Origin: Camelus dromedarius
Taxonomy: Eukaryota
Length of the DNA: 64,000 nucleotides
Reading direction: 5' to 3'
Assembly: GCF_036321535.1 (NCBI RefSeq)
Contig: NC_087436.1
Coordinates: 37,388,001-37,452,000, forward strand
Numbering within the stretch: position 1 is the stretch's first letter; each line of letters begins with the position of its first letter. Position numbers and translations under genes: made by a program. Under the pieces are notes generated by a model. That model searched no databases and had not been told where the DNA came from. It saw only the letters and a list, made by a program, of their open reading frames with translations. Of this stretch, positions 1 through 12,430 are shown in pieces.

Positions 1-468
1 TTCCCAAACTCATTTTACAAAGCCAGCATTACCTTGATACAAAAGCCAGACAATAAAAATACAAAAAAAGAAATTATAGACCAATATCCTCTATGAAAAT
101 AGATGTAGAAATCCTTAACAAATTTTTAGCAAACTGAATTCAACAATACATTAAAAGGATAATACATCATAATCAAGTGGGATTTAGCAAGCATGCAAGG
201 ATAGTTCAACATCCAAAAAATCAATCAATGTAATAAACCACATAAGAAATGAAGGATAAAAATCTTATGATCATCTCAGATGAAGAAAAAGCATCTGACA
301 AAATTTAACATCCATTTTTTTTTTCATAAAAATGCTCAATAAGTGGTTATAAAGGGAATGTACCTTAATATAATAAAGACCATATAGCTAACAGCTAATA
401 TCATACTCAAAGGTGAAAAGTTGAAAGCTTTTCCTCTAAGATCAGGAACAAGTCAGGGATGCCTCTTC

Positions 469-557
469 TTTTTTTAAAATACATTTTTATTGAAGTATAG
501 TCAGTTTATAATGTGTCAATTTCTGGTGTACAGCACAATGCTTCAGTCATATAGGAA
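469..557 (-). mobile_element. Very short 5'-truncated young L1 3' tip inserted antisense into the older L1
   Basis: The reverse complement matches the 3' end of the young L1 at ~60230-60300 (tgactga.gcattgtgctgtacaccagaaattgacacatt.taaactg.ctatac.tcaat). T-rich tail on the left. Flanked by ggatgcct at 457-464 and 558-565. Confidence 0.85.
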
Positions 558-1389
558 GGATGCCTACTCTTGCCACTTTTATTCAGCATATTGGAAGTCC
601 TAGACAGAGCAATTAGGCAAGCAAAATAAATAAAAGGCATCCAAATCTGAAAGGAAGAAGTAAAACTGTCACTTTGCAGATGACATAATATTATATATAG
701 GAAACCCTAAAGATGCCACCAAAAAACTATTAGAATTAATAAATTCAGTATACTAACAGGATACAAAATTAATAGGCAAAAATCTGTTGTATTTCTATTC
801 ACTTATAACAAACTCTCGGAAAGAGAAATTAAGAAAACAATGCTATTTACAATCACATCAAAAAGAATAAAATACTTAGGAGGAGAAAGTCTTGTACACT
901 AAAAACTGTAAGACATTGTTAAAAGAAATTGAAGACAACATACTAGAAGAAAATATATTCCATGCTCACCAATGGAAAGAACTAATATTATTAACAGTAG
1001 TTGATACTACTCAAAGAAATCTACAGGTTCAATGTAATTCCTATCAAAATCCCAATGATATTTTTCACAGAAATAGAACAAAGAATCCTAAAATTTGTAA
1101 GAAGCCATAGAAGACCTTGATTGACCAAAGCAATCCTGGGAAAGAAGAACAAAGCTGGAGGTATCACACTCTCTGATTTCAAACTATGTTACAAAGCTAC
1201 AGTCATCAAAACAGCATTGTATTTGCAAAAATAAATAAATAAATAAACAATCGATGCATAGATCAATGGAACAGAATAGAGCCCAGAACTAAATCCATGC
1301 ATATATGAACAATTAATTTATGACAAAGGAGCCAAGAGCACACCATAGGGAAAGCATAGTCTCTTCAATGGTGTTGGGAAAACTGGATA

Positions 1390-1645
1390 GGAAAGGAAAA
1401 AGGAAAGGAAAGGAAAGGAAAGGAAGAGAGATGGAGGGAGGAAGGGGGGGGGAGAGAGAGAGAGAGAAAGAAAGAGAGAAAGGAAGGGGGAAAGGAAGGG
1501 GGAAAGGAAGGAAAGATAAGAAAGAGAAAGGAAGGAAGGAAGGAAGGAAGACAAGAAGGAAAGACAGAGACAAAGAGAAAGAAAGAAAAAGAGGGGAAGG
1601 AAGAGGGAAAGGAAGGAAAGAAGGAAACACAAGAAGGAAAGGCAA

Positions 1646-1714
<69 letters not shown>
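1390..1714. repeat. Compound polypurine microsatellite (GGAAA/GGAA/GAAA units ending in a pure (GA)n run) inside the L1
   Basis: About 325 nt of almost only A/G on the + strand. L1 sequence resumes at aaactagaccac. Confidence 0.97.
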
Positions 1715-1717
<3 letters not shown>

Positions 1718-3009
1718 TAGACCACATCTAATACTACACACAAAAACCAACTCAGAATGGATAGACCATAAAACTCCCAGAAGAATAAAGTTAGTACACT
1801 CTTTGATATCAAACTTAGCAATATCTTTTTGGGATATGTCTCCTCTGGCAAGGGAAAGAAAAGAAAAAATAAAAAGGGTTACATCAAAATATAAAGCTTC
1901 TGCAGAGCAAAGGAAACCAGCAACAAAATTAAAAGACAACCTACTGAATGGAGGAAGATATTTGTAAATCATATATCTGACAAGGAGTTGATATCCAAAA
2001 TATATAAAGCATACAACAAAAAACCAACAACTTGATTAAAACAACTTGATTAAAAAATGGGCAGAGGAGTTGAATAGACATTTTTCCAAAGAAGATGTAC
2101 AGATGAAATAACAAGTGTTGGAAAAGGTGTGGAGGAAATGGAACCCTCACACAATGTTAGTGGAAATGTAAATTGGTACAGCCACTATGAAAAACAGTAT
2201 GGAGCTTCATCAAAAAATTAAAACTAGAACTACCATATGATCCAGAAATTGTACTTCTGGGCATATATCCAAAGGAAATGAAAACACTATATTGAAGAGA
2301 TATCTGCACCCCCATGTTCATAACAGCATTATTTATAATAGTCAAGATGTCAAGATTTAAAAATAGCCTAAATGTCCAATGATAATTGAATGGGTAAACT
2401 GAATGTGGGGGGTGTGTGTGTGTGTGTTGTGTTTATAATGGAATTTTACTCAGCCATGAAAGAAGGAAGTTCTGCCATTTGTGACCTTGAGGGCATCATG
2501 CTAAGTGAAATAAGTCAAAGACAAATTCAGTATGATCTCACATATATGTGGAACCCCAAAAATTAACTCAGAAGAAGAGTTCAGATTTGTGGCTACCATA
2601 TGCAGGTGTGGGTGGGAGGGGGAATTGGATGAAGGTATTCAAAATGCACAAACGTCCAGTTATAAGACAAACAGGTGCTAGGGATATAATGTACAAGATG
2701 GATTATAGTTAACACTACTGTATGGTATATTTGAAAGTTGTCAAGAGACTATATCCTAAGAGTTCTCGTCATAAGGAAGAAACTTTTTTTTCATTTCCTG
2801 TTTTTTGTATCTGTATGAGATGAGGGTTGTTAACCAAACTCACTGTGGTAATCACTTCATAATATATGTAAGTTAAAACATCATGCTGTACATTTTAAAC
2901 TTATACAGAGCCTTAATGCCAATTATATCTCAATAAAACTGGAAAAATTAAAAATCATAGTATTTTAATTACTGTGGAATTATAATAAGACCTGAATATC
3001 TAATAGTGT

Positions 3010-4130
3010 AAGCTCTCCAGCTTTGATATTTAAGATCTTCATTATTCTGTGTCCTTTGATTTTCACATAAATTTTAGTTTGATGATTTTCACATCACACA
3101 AATTGAGATTTTTATGAAGCCATAGATAATTTATGGAGAATTGACAGATTTAAATAATATATCTTCTAATACATAAATATGTTGACACACAAATAACAGA
3201 ATTTTATTTCTCACAGTTCTAGGGGCTGAGAAGTCCAAAAAAAGGCACTGGCAGAGTCAGTGTCCAGTGAAAGCCCACTTCCTGGTTCATAAAAGGCTAT
3301 TTTATATTTTCTTACATAGTGGAAGAGGCAAATGAGCTCTTGGGGGTCTCTTCTATAAGAACACTAATCCTATTCATGAGGGCTCTGCCCTCATAACCTA
3401 ACCACATCCCAAAGGGCCAACCTCCAAATACCATGACACTGGGAACTAAGTTTCAAGGTATGAATTTTGGGGGGACACAAACATTAAGTCTATAAAACAT
3501 GTTATATATTCATTTAGGTTTTCCTTAAATTTATCCATAATAGGTCACAGTTTTCTATGTAGAAGTCATGCACAACTTTTGTTAGTTTATCCCCCAGGTC
3601 TTGGTTGTGCTTCGATGGTGTTATAAATGGTACTTTTAAAAAAATTGGTATTTCTTGCATACACATACATTGGCTCTTATAAATTGACAGTATATCCAGT
3701 GATCTTACTAAATTCATTTATTTAACGTAATAGTTGATATGTATATTGTTTGATTGTCTATATATACATTCATACCATCTGTAATAACAATAGTTTTATT
3801 TCTTCTTTTTGAACCATTTTACATAGTGCATACAAATTTAAGACTGTAATATTTTCCTGTTGAAATGACCATTTAAATTTTATTAAGTTTTCCTCTTTAT
3901 GCCTATTAATCCTTCTTACATTAAACTCTACTGAGTCTGATCATAGTATAGCATCTGTCTTTGTTAATGTTTATATGGTATATGTTTTCCATTCTCTTCC
4001 TTTCAACTTTAGATGTGAGCAGCGTATATATCTCTGTTAGCAGCATATAGTTTTTTAAAATCCAGTTTGACAAATTTTATCTTGGAATTTTATTTTGTTC
4101 ACATGTAATATAACTACTGATATGTTTGTA
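3010..4130 (-). mobile_element. Old, highly diverged L1 (L1M/L1ME-type) ORF2 fragments, interrupted by an MLT1 LTR
   Basis: Antisense L1 motifs (atagataatttatggagaattgaca; ttttgttagtttatcccc). ORF 3514-3717(-) resembles L1 ORF2 (IPF..A.K....LG..LTK.V.D.Y.EN). Confidence 0.7.
3190..3499 (-). mobile_element. MaLR solo LTR, MLT1A/MLT1A0-like
   Basis: aatttatttctcacagttctaggggctgagaagtccaa ... cactaatcctattcatgagggctctgccctcat ... tgaattttggggggacacaaacatt. Confidence 0.85.
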
Positions 4131-7100
4131 TATGCCTTTAATTTTCATAATTCCATCAATAGCAAAATTAACATTAATTTAATTAATATTTATTCATTTT
4201 AATTTTGATAGGTAGTATATATCATCTTGAACAATGAATTTTATAAAATTTTCTTTGAATAATCATTCTTGTGGACAAAAGGAAAAACATGGACTGCATA
4301 ATAGCTTTGCTTGCTGGTTGAAGAACTGCATCCAGCAAGTGTTCAAAGAAGGTCATATAGCTCAACATTTTCTCAGTTGATGTGCTCACCTGAGTGTGGT
4401 ATGATATGCAGCTTGATGGATGACCTTCTTCTAACTGATTTTGTCCTGAATTATATGCATGCTTCCATAGAAGGGGAACTTAGAATTTCTCTTTGTATTG
4501 AGTAGCACCTGGTACACTGTAGTTGTTTCCAAGCTTCTTTAAAATGTTTTCTCTGCTAGAGATGTTGGAGTAGGTTCCTTGATTCTAAATGGTTTTCTAG
4601 TTTTTGGATCCATGAATTACTCATGAGGCTAGTTTTACCCTTGTTTTTCTTCTAATGAAGTATGTGTGTGTACCTAGAATAATTCCTTTTTAATGTTAAG
4701 CCATGGAGGGTCACTGTCATGCAGAATAGTCTTTCTCTTGGAAGGGATGTGGGTTATGAATTTTAAGTGGTTCCTCCTGGAAGGTGTTTGCTGACATCGG
4801 TCCCCACGTGGGAGGGCAGGATGTAAAGAGTTGTAACTCAAGTCATCATCAGAACAAAGTGGATGTGGAACCATTCACAGCAGCCTGATTTTATGAATGA
4901 ACCTCAACTCTTGGAGAACTTCTCCTGTGTTAATAGACACTTATCCAGCAATACAGCACTGAAGACTAGCTGTTCCCTGGTCCCTATTCCTTGGGTTTCC
5001 ACATTGGCAGAGAGGGGCTTAGCTTTCCCTTTGTCATGTTTTTTGTTTGTTTGTTTTTTAAGACCTGGTCATAGGAATGGGGCTTTAATTATTATTGCCT
5101 TAACTGTTTTATGATTCTTAGTGAGGAAGTCAAATAAATCAGAATATTTAATGTGGTGGATCATATTGACCAGATTGTAGACCTATGATTCATGGTATAT
5201 CTGAGTCAAAATATATTTACTTTTCTGAACTCTAACATATTTTCAAAGGGAGAGAAACAATAACATGCTTTGCCTATGAAACAAATAACATGTTTAACCA
5301 TTTGTACATGTTACCTATGTAGAAAAAAGGTAAAATTTGTACGGGATACCTACTCAGAATCTAGAGGCACCAATTTCAGATGGTATTTTAATACATTATT
5401 TTGGAAAGATCTTTCAGAAAATAAATATATTTGACATTCTTATAAGCTTTGAATGAATCAATTTCTTTAATATTTATGCCTTATGTATTTCTACATGGAT
5501 TTGAAGCAGAGTTAAAGATCTAAGTCGTCTCATAATATCCATGAATCTCTTAGTGACTTCCCCTCCTCCACATCCCATATTTTTCTACTAAAAGGCCATT
5601 GATTTGCTTAATTAAAATGATGAAAAAATTAATTTAGGGTACACATTATTACAATTACTTTCTCCTTATTAAGAGGATGTGGGTTACTTTAGAATAAAAT
5701 TCGTATCAGAAGACAGCTATGGAGAATCTCAGATATTAAAAAACATATTGCTATTTGGAGTAGGTAGTCCTAGATTATAATCTTTTTCTGCTGCCTGTTA
5801 ACTGCTGGATTTAGAGAAATGAATCAGCTGACTAGCATAATTAATTTTCTCAAATTATCTGATGAATTGTTCTTTTTCATTAATTGAGCTGAAAGTTTTT
5901 CCCTTCACTCATCTTCTCTGAGTTCTATTCTGAAAAGTCTGAAGTTCTCCAAACAAGGATAATTTCTAAGGAAAGAGTACAACCATTATTAGAGTCTCCC
6001 TCCACTCTTCCTCCCAAGTTTTAAGACAGAACAAGTGTTTTTCTGTCTTAATACATCTTTCAGCTCCTTCTCGCGACCTAAAGCCTCATATTCCCTTAGG
6101 CATCTTTTTAATCAAACTTTTTGATTTTTTTTTTTTATCATTTGTCTTTTTTGCACATCCCCTGTTCTCAATTTACCTGTATCTGTTTAAATACAAATTC
6201 TAAGCTATATAGTATAGGGGTTTGTTAGAAGGTACAAGTCTGTTCCTTTTATTAGTGACTGTAAGGAACTGAAGTTGAGCCTTTGGTAAAATTGACATAG
6301 GCTGTTACCAGTTTTTTTTTCTTTTTTGGGGGGGCGGGGTCCAAATTAGACTGATGAGTTCTTTACTTACTAATAAGAAGTTTTCATTTTATTTCCACTT
6401 TAAGTTTCTGAAATAATTTAGATTATATATCATTATATTTCATTTTTCTGCTGGTATTAGAAATACTGAATTATTTATTCACTATGGGAAAAAGAATGAA
6501 CCCCTCTTAATTAAACAATTTAATGCAGGAAGCTTTTAAACTTTCTTAGGTAGGAATTACTGGCTTGCCTGAAATATACCTAAACAAAGTCTTCAAGTGA
6601 CTATGTGTCAAAATACCACAAAACTGATTGAATATTCTAATAGATGGTAAATTTCCTTTTATTTTAAATGCTAATAAAATTCAACTATAGGAAAACCTTT
6701 TTTTTTTTTTTTTTTCTGTAAGCAAAACAAGTGTGCCTAAGACTTCAAAGTTATTCACATAGGGCTTTAGCCCAGACTAGAGAGGTATAAAAAAATCACC
6801 ATAAGGCTTTAAAAGATTTTAAAGTTTACAGGGGTATATAGTGTTTTAAAGGCTAGCTTGTTTAATGGTTAGGGTGACTTCTTTATCACTTTGGAAAGGA
6901 CAGGTATTTGAAAGGCTGTCAGCTTTACTAATACAAGGTAGTTAAACTTCCAAGCCTTGGCAGGTATGATGACATTTTTTCTTCCAAACATAATTTTTTA
7001 TTGAAAGTGTTATATAGGCTAATACAGTATATTAAACTTCAGCATCCTGTAGAAAAATATGATAGAGCTAGACAGACTTTACTATGAAGACAAGCAGTAA

Positions 7101-8189
7101 AAGTAGGATATAAAATAGCTCAAATAAGTTAAAGGAAGCATCTTAAATTTTTGTGTGTGCTGGAATGACAACTATTTGATGGACCTTTGTCACTGCCATG
7201 TGATATAAAATTTAAAATTAAAGAAAGAGAAAATGATGAGCCTAAGGTTCATTTTGTTAGTCCAAGGAAGTCTAGTATTGGATGCATTCTTCTCAATTAC
7301 ATATGGTCAACAGATATTAATTTCACCTTTAGTCTCTATCAGTGTAATTAATTAGTTGGTTTATATTTATTGAAACCCTAATACACATGGGCCCTGTAAA
7401 TTGGCTTAGGAGACACACAAGAAACAGCAGATAATGTATTATCCTGAGAACTTCTTTTGATTGATGTCTTCTATGTTCCTAGGTGTTAAGGATGTGCATA
7501 AGTGGGTTATTTTTGTAACAGAGCATTTTGAGGGGAGAAGGTCTATTCCTTTCTTTATTGTTTTAGGGCCATCTAGGGTGTTCCAAGAAATAATACAACA
7601 GTATTGTGTAAAGTCACTGAGGTCAGATGGTTTTCTTTGCTTCTTGGTTTAAAAATAAATATTATGTATAAAGGCATTAATAATACATGTTAAATACTAG
7701 AAATAGTGTCCCACATAAAAGAAGCATTCAATATAAGTTAGATATTATTATTATTACCTAATCATTTTTATTAACTACTTTTGATATGGCAAGTATTTTC
7801 TCTTATCCCAATTGCAATGTTGGAGAATGATAACCAAAGCACTGAAAATTTAGATATTTGTGCTCTGTTAGAACCAAGAATCTAGCTAAGGATGCCCTGA
7901 GTTTAGAGAGCATATTTTTATTACTCATGTTGCCTCAATGCCCAATATAACAGACAGGGCTTGTTTTTGATGTTAATAGTATAGTGAAGGCAGAACATAT
8001 ATACAAACGGCTAAATTATCGTTTTGGTAAGCAGGATTTTAAAATAGCATGATTATAAAATGGGAATCAGATTAAACAAAGACTTTCCTAATGAAATACA
8101 CAGAAATGTTCAGAAAATTAATAGATACCTAAGATCTATTTTGTAACTATTTGCCAATTGAGATTTCAGATTTTTGAAGGGAAAAAATG

Positions 8190-8294
8190 GATGTAGTTGA
8201 AGTTCTCTCTGAATCCTTTCCTGATTGTCCTTCTCTTCCCTTCTCCAAAGGCAGCTACTATCCTCAGGTTGATATACTTTTGCCATTCATTTTA

Positions 8295-8336
<42 letters not shown>

Positions 8337-8720
8337 CCTACCTACCTACCTACCTATCTATCAAACTTGTGTGAAAACTTTACTGTAAATCTTTACTGTA
8401 AATGGTATCATATTGATACATCAGCAACTTCTTTATACATTGTTTTCAAAATATGTATTAATTTAATTACTCAATTTATTTTAACTCTTATACAGTATCC
8501 CATGTACACTGTATGTATGTATCTGTTTTCTTATTGAAGGATATTTAGATCCCTTACAATTTTTTAGCTCTCACAAACAATATTTCAATAACAATCTTGG
8601 CTGTATCTCTTTGTGCCTGTGTAGGTGAGTTTCTCTAGGATATATAATTACAAGTGGAACTGATAGATCGTAAGATATGCATATCTTCAAATTTACTATA
8701 TATTGCCAAATCAATTTCAG
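8190..8720 (-). mobile_element. Old L1 (L1ME-like) 3' region fragment
   Basis: Antisense L1 3' motifs (gaaggatatttagat..., ttctctaggatatata...aagtggaactgatag, tattgccaaat). Confidence 0.65.
8295..8362. repeat. Compound tetranucleotide STR (TATC)n(TACC)n
   Basis: tatctatctatc... switching to tacctacc..., read directly. Confidence 0.97.
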
Positions 8721-8724
8721 AACT

Positions 8725-9430
8725 GATTGTTTTAGGCAACTCTGCTAGGTTATGCTGGATTAACAACAGCTCTAAAATCTTAGTGGCTCAAACTCCAAAC
8801 ACTTATCTCATGCTCCTTGTTCATGTAATATATACAAGCTAAGCTATGGGGAGACTATAGGGTCTGCTTCATGTGTTTTCTCATTGCATCCAGGCTGAAG
8901 TTCCTGTGTGGAATATCCAGTTCTTGTAGCAGAAAGGAAGAGCCATAAATTCTAAGTTTAACCATACAATTGCATATAGAGCCTCTCATCCCATTCTGTT
9001 GGTCACAGTGAGTCATGGGAGCAAGACAACATTTCACCCATAAGGGTAAAGAGTGTAAATATTTGAAATCAGTAATACTATCTACTTCAATGCATGCTTT
9101 TCATCACAAATGCTCATTTTCCTTACTTTCACAGGTAAAATATACTTAATTCCCTACCCAAGGAAGAAAACACAAAGTCTTATTCAATCACAGCATCATG
9201 ATCGAAGTCCACATATTAAGTCTGGATGTGGCTCTTTTTGATGAAAGAACCATGAACTAAATAAAAAACAAAAACAAAAAACCCCTCAAAAACCACAATA
9301 TAATCCCCATGTACAGTGGTGGAATAGGAAGAATATAACCACAATGAACACACCCATTTGGAAAGCAAGGGAATGAGAGGCACAGAGCAATAACCAGTTC
9401 CAGAATCGTTCTGAAATCCTACTGGGGAAG
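8725..9430 (-). mobile_element. Old MaLR: MLT1J/K/L-type LTR (~8725-9090) with adjacent MLT1 internal sequence (~9090-9430)
   Basis: LTR motifs ctaggttatgctggattaacaacagctctaaaatcttagtggctcaa and cattctgttggtcacagtgagtcatgg. Internal-like motifs (tacagtggtggaataggaagaatataacc..., ttctgaaatcctactggg). Confidence 0.6.
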
Positions 9431-9442
9431 GGTAGTACATCA

Positions 9443-9570
9443 GGCTGAATGTATCTGTCCTCCTTATCCAAATTCAAATGTTGAAACCCTAATCCCCAGT
9501 ATAATGATATTAAGAGGTGGGGCCTTTAGGAGGTGATTAGGTCATGAGGTTGGAGCTTTCATGAATGAAG
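9443..9570 (+). mobile_element. 5' part of an MLT1A-like LTR, cut off by the following L1
   Basis: aaattcaaatgttgaaaccctaatccccagt...gaggtggggcctttaggaggtgattaggtcatgagg. Confidence 0.8.
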
Positions 9571-9574
9571 TGGA

Positions 9575-11310
9575 GAGTATTTTAGTTGACCTCTAAGACT
9601 GTGGAGGCTGGCAGGCAACATCTTTACATGCTCCCTCTACGCTGCTCCAGTTTGCTGGTATCTCCTAGAAGGAGTTTGTGCATACTTTTGGTGCTCCAGT
9701 CTTTGCAGCTGCCACCGAGTGGATCCTTAATAACCTTGCTCTAGTGGCCAGCAGAACTTATGTTCCTGAGTCCCAAAGAACTGTAACAAACAGAGGAAGA
9801 GTTCTTAACAAGTTACCCCCAGGGCACCACACAGAGGCAGTAGACAGGAACATCTAGTATTTTCAGGAAAGAAGATCATCTTATTTTCATAGCTGTGGCC
9901 TGAGAGGCAGGCTGCTAGTTAAACACATATCTAGGGGCTGACTGCAGTCCTCTCCAGAGACTGGGGAGGCTGGTGGGTGCCATCTTTGTGCTCTTCCTCT
10001 GCCTTGCCCCAGCTATTCAGTATCTACCAGAAAGGAGCTTGTGCACACTTTCTGGTGCCCTGGTTTTTGTGGCTGATGCCCAAAGAACATCTACCTTGAT
10101 AGCCTGGCTCTGGTGGCCAGAAGAGCTTGTGTTCATGGGTTCAGTCAAGAAGTAGAACAAAGAAACAGTTCTAAACTGGCTATCACCCCAGAACTCAGTG
10201 CTGAGGGAGCAGACAGAAATGCCCATCTCCAAATCTTCATCTGAGAAAGGTACAATGGCATACTATAAAAGCTGCACCTTGAGGAAGCAACTTCCAATCA
10301 GCCTGAATATGGATGCTGAGTAAGATCCTCTACATGAAGCACTGACAGGTCTTGGCACATCCTCAGTTGCTGGGCACCACTAAGAATAAAGTAGCCTGCT
10401 TGGATAGTCAGAAAGGTTTGACAAACAAGAGGTAGGGCAAGGTTGAATAATAAGGTTAATTTCCTACACAAGGCCACTCCTTCAAGACTGAGAGAGGATG
10501 CTATTTTATCCAGTGCATAGAAACCAACACAGGGAGTCAACAAAAAGGAAGAAACAGAGAAATGCATTTCAAGCAAAGAAACAAGATAAAACCTTAGAAA
10601 AATACTCTGATGAAATTGAGGTAAGTCATTTACCTGATAAGGAGTTCAGAATAATGGTCACAAAAATACTCAACAAGATCAGAAAAAAACAGTGGATGAA
10701 CAAAGTGAGAATTTCAACAAATAGACAGAAAATATAAAAAAGTACAAAACAGAAAACACAGAGCTGAAGAATAAAATAATTGAACTGAAAAATACAATAG
10801 AGGGGTTAAATCGCAAATTGGATAAAGCAGAAGAAAAGATCAGTGAACTTGAAAGGCAGTGGAATTGAACCAATCAGAGTAGCAAAAAGAAAGAAGAATA
10901 AAGAAGAGTGAGTGTAGCTTAAGGGAATCCTGGGAAAACATCAAGCAGATCAATATTCCCATTTTAGGAACTCCAAAGGGACCAGAGAGAGAGAAAGTGT
11001 TAGAATTGAAGAAAGGTGTGAAACTTTTGATTAAAAGATATATCCTAAAGTACAAATAAGATAAATAATAACCAATTTATATCTGAATGTAGTGCAGTGG
11101 TAAGACAAAACTCTGATGTAATAAAAATTCTAACAGTACCCCAGAGAAAAACCAGATTTCCTACAAAAGCCAGATTATTAACAGAAGAATGACAATTAGA
11201 GTGTTGTTCAACTTGCTAACAATAATAGATGTCAAAAACAGTAGAATAATATCTTTACAGTGCTGAAAGGAAATATCCATCAACCTGGAATTCTATGCCC
11301 AAACTGTCAA
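9575..11310 (+). mobile_element. L1 5' UTR (with internal repeat units) and decayed ORF1; the distal ~300 nt may be a separate older ORF1 fragment
   Basis: ORF 10498-10737 contains EIEVSHLPDKEFRIMVTKIL, typical of the L1 ORF1p N-terminus. Coiled-coil coding region follows. ORF1 C-terminal motif caacctggaattctatgccca at ~11281. Confidence 0.85.
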
Positions 11311-11316
11311 CGAAGA

Positions 11317-11508
11317 CATACATATATATGTATATATATATGCACATACACATACATACATGTGTTGTCTATATACACATGCACACACATACTACATGCA
11401 TATATGTACTACATACATACAAAATGTATATATACACAATACATATATACATTTAAGCATTTATGCATGTGCATGTATATATAGCATATATGCTATATAT
11501 GTATATAG
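11317..11508. repeat. Degenerate (TA/CA/TG)n low-complexity tract
   Basis: catacatatatatgtatatatatatgcacatacacatacataca... alternating purine-pyrimidine. Confidence 0.9.
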
Positions 11509-12000
11509 GTAAATAAATATTTGATGTTAGAATAGATGAAGAAAAATATTTGTTGAGAATTTTTTAAATGCTTTATATTCCATACTCTGTGCTACATTGT
11601 GACATTACTTTAGATCTATTTTCCAGATCCAAGTTCTTTTTCCAGTTGAGTCTAATCTACTGTTTAAACCACTCACTCACTGCATTTAAAATTTTTAATG
11701 ATTATATGTTTCATATGTAAATGTTTTATATCATTGTTTTTTCAAATTTATCTCAGGCATTAAATCCTGACCCCTTCCTCAGTTCCTAGGTTCAAGTATC
11801 TGTCAAGGTTTATTTCTTGCCCGAGTTATCTATTTCTTTCTTGCCACTGAGATCTGTCTTTTTTTCCATGGGAAGTTGGCTATATATTGATTTTTCCTTC
11901 AAAAAATTTTACGGTGTGTCTATATGTTTGTGGTCAGTTGGAAGCCCTGCCTGCATCAATTCTTATAAGTGCTGCTTGAAACAATGGGTAAGTTGGCAGA

Positions 12001-12430
12001 TGTATTAGTTTCCTGTGAATGCCATAAAAAAGTCCATAAACTGGATGGCTTAAAACAACAGAAATATATTATTTCACAGTTCTGGAGGCTGATCTGGGCC
12101 ATGCTCTCTCTGAAGGCTCCAGGGGAGGATACCTTCCTTGCTTCTTCTAGTTGCCAGCTATTCTTGGTGTTTCTTGGCTTGTGGATGCATAATTCCAGCC
12201 TCTGCCTTCATCATCACATGGTGTTCTTCCCTGTGTATCTCTGTGTCCAAATTTTCTTTTCTTAAAAAGACCCTAGTAATTGGATTAGGTCCCATTCCAA
12301 TTCAGTGTTACCTCATCTTAACTTGATTACATCTGCAAAGACCCTATTTCTAAGTAAGTTTCCATTCACAGGTACTGGAAGTTAAGACTTCCAAAATATC
12401 TTTTGGGGAGACACGATTCAACCCTTAACA
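12001..12430 (-). mobile_element. MaLR solo LTR, MLT1C-like, with near-perfect 5-bp TSD
   Basis: tgtattagtttcctg...ggcttaaaacaacagaaat...tcacagttctggaggc...ttacatctgcaaagaccctattt...attcaacccttaaca. Flanks are gcaga and gtaga. Confidence 0.9.

Larger units (their letters stand above)
1..2953 (+). mobile_element. LINE-1 fossil, 3' half of ORF2 plus 3' UTR (L1MA9-like); runs off the window's left edge
   Basis: Starts in ORF2 RT-coding sequence (cccaaactcattttac..gccagcattaccttgatac) and has the decayed FADD motif (tttgcagatgac ~673). Ends ctcaataaaactggaaaaattaaaaa. Many stops, frameshifts and small deletions (~880, ~2105). Confidence 0.95.

Noticed and set aside
1313..1972. Overlapping 104-219 aa ORFs on both strands
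   Set aside because: They are open only because of the purine microsatellite; the flanks are decayed L1 ORF2.
4200..7660. Repeat-poor stretch with several short ORFs and scattered splice-like motifs
   Set aside because: No coherent exon or recognisable product could be supported.
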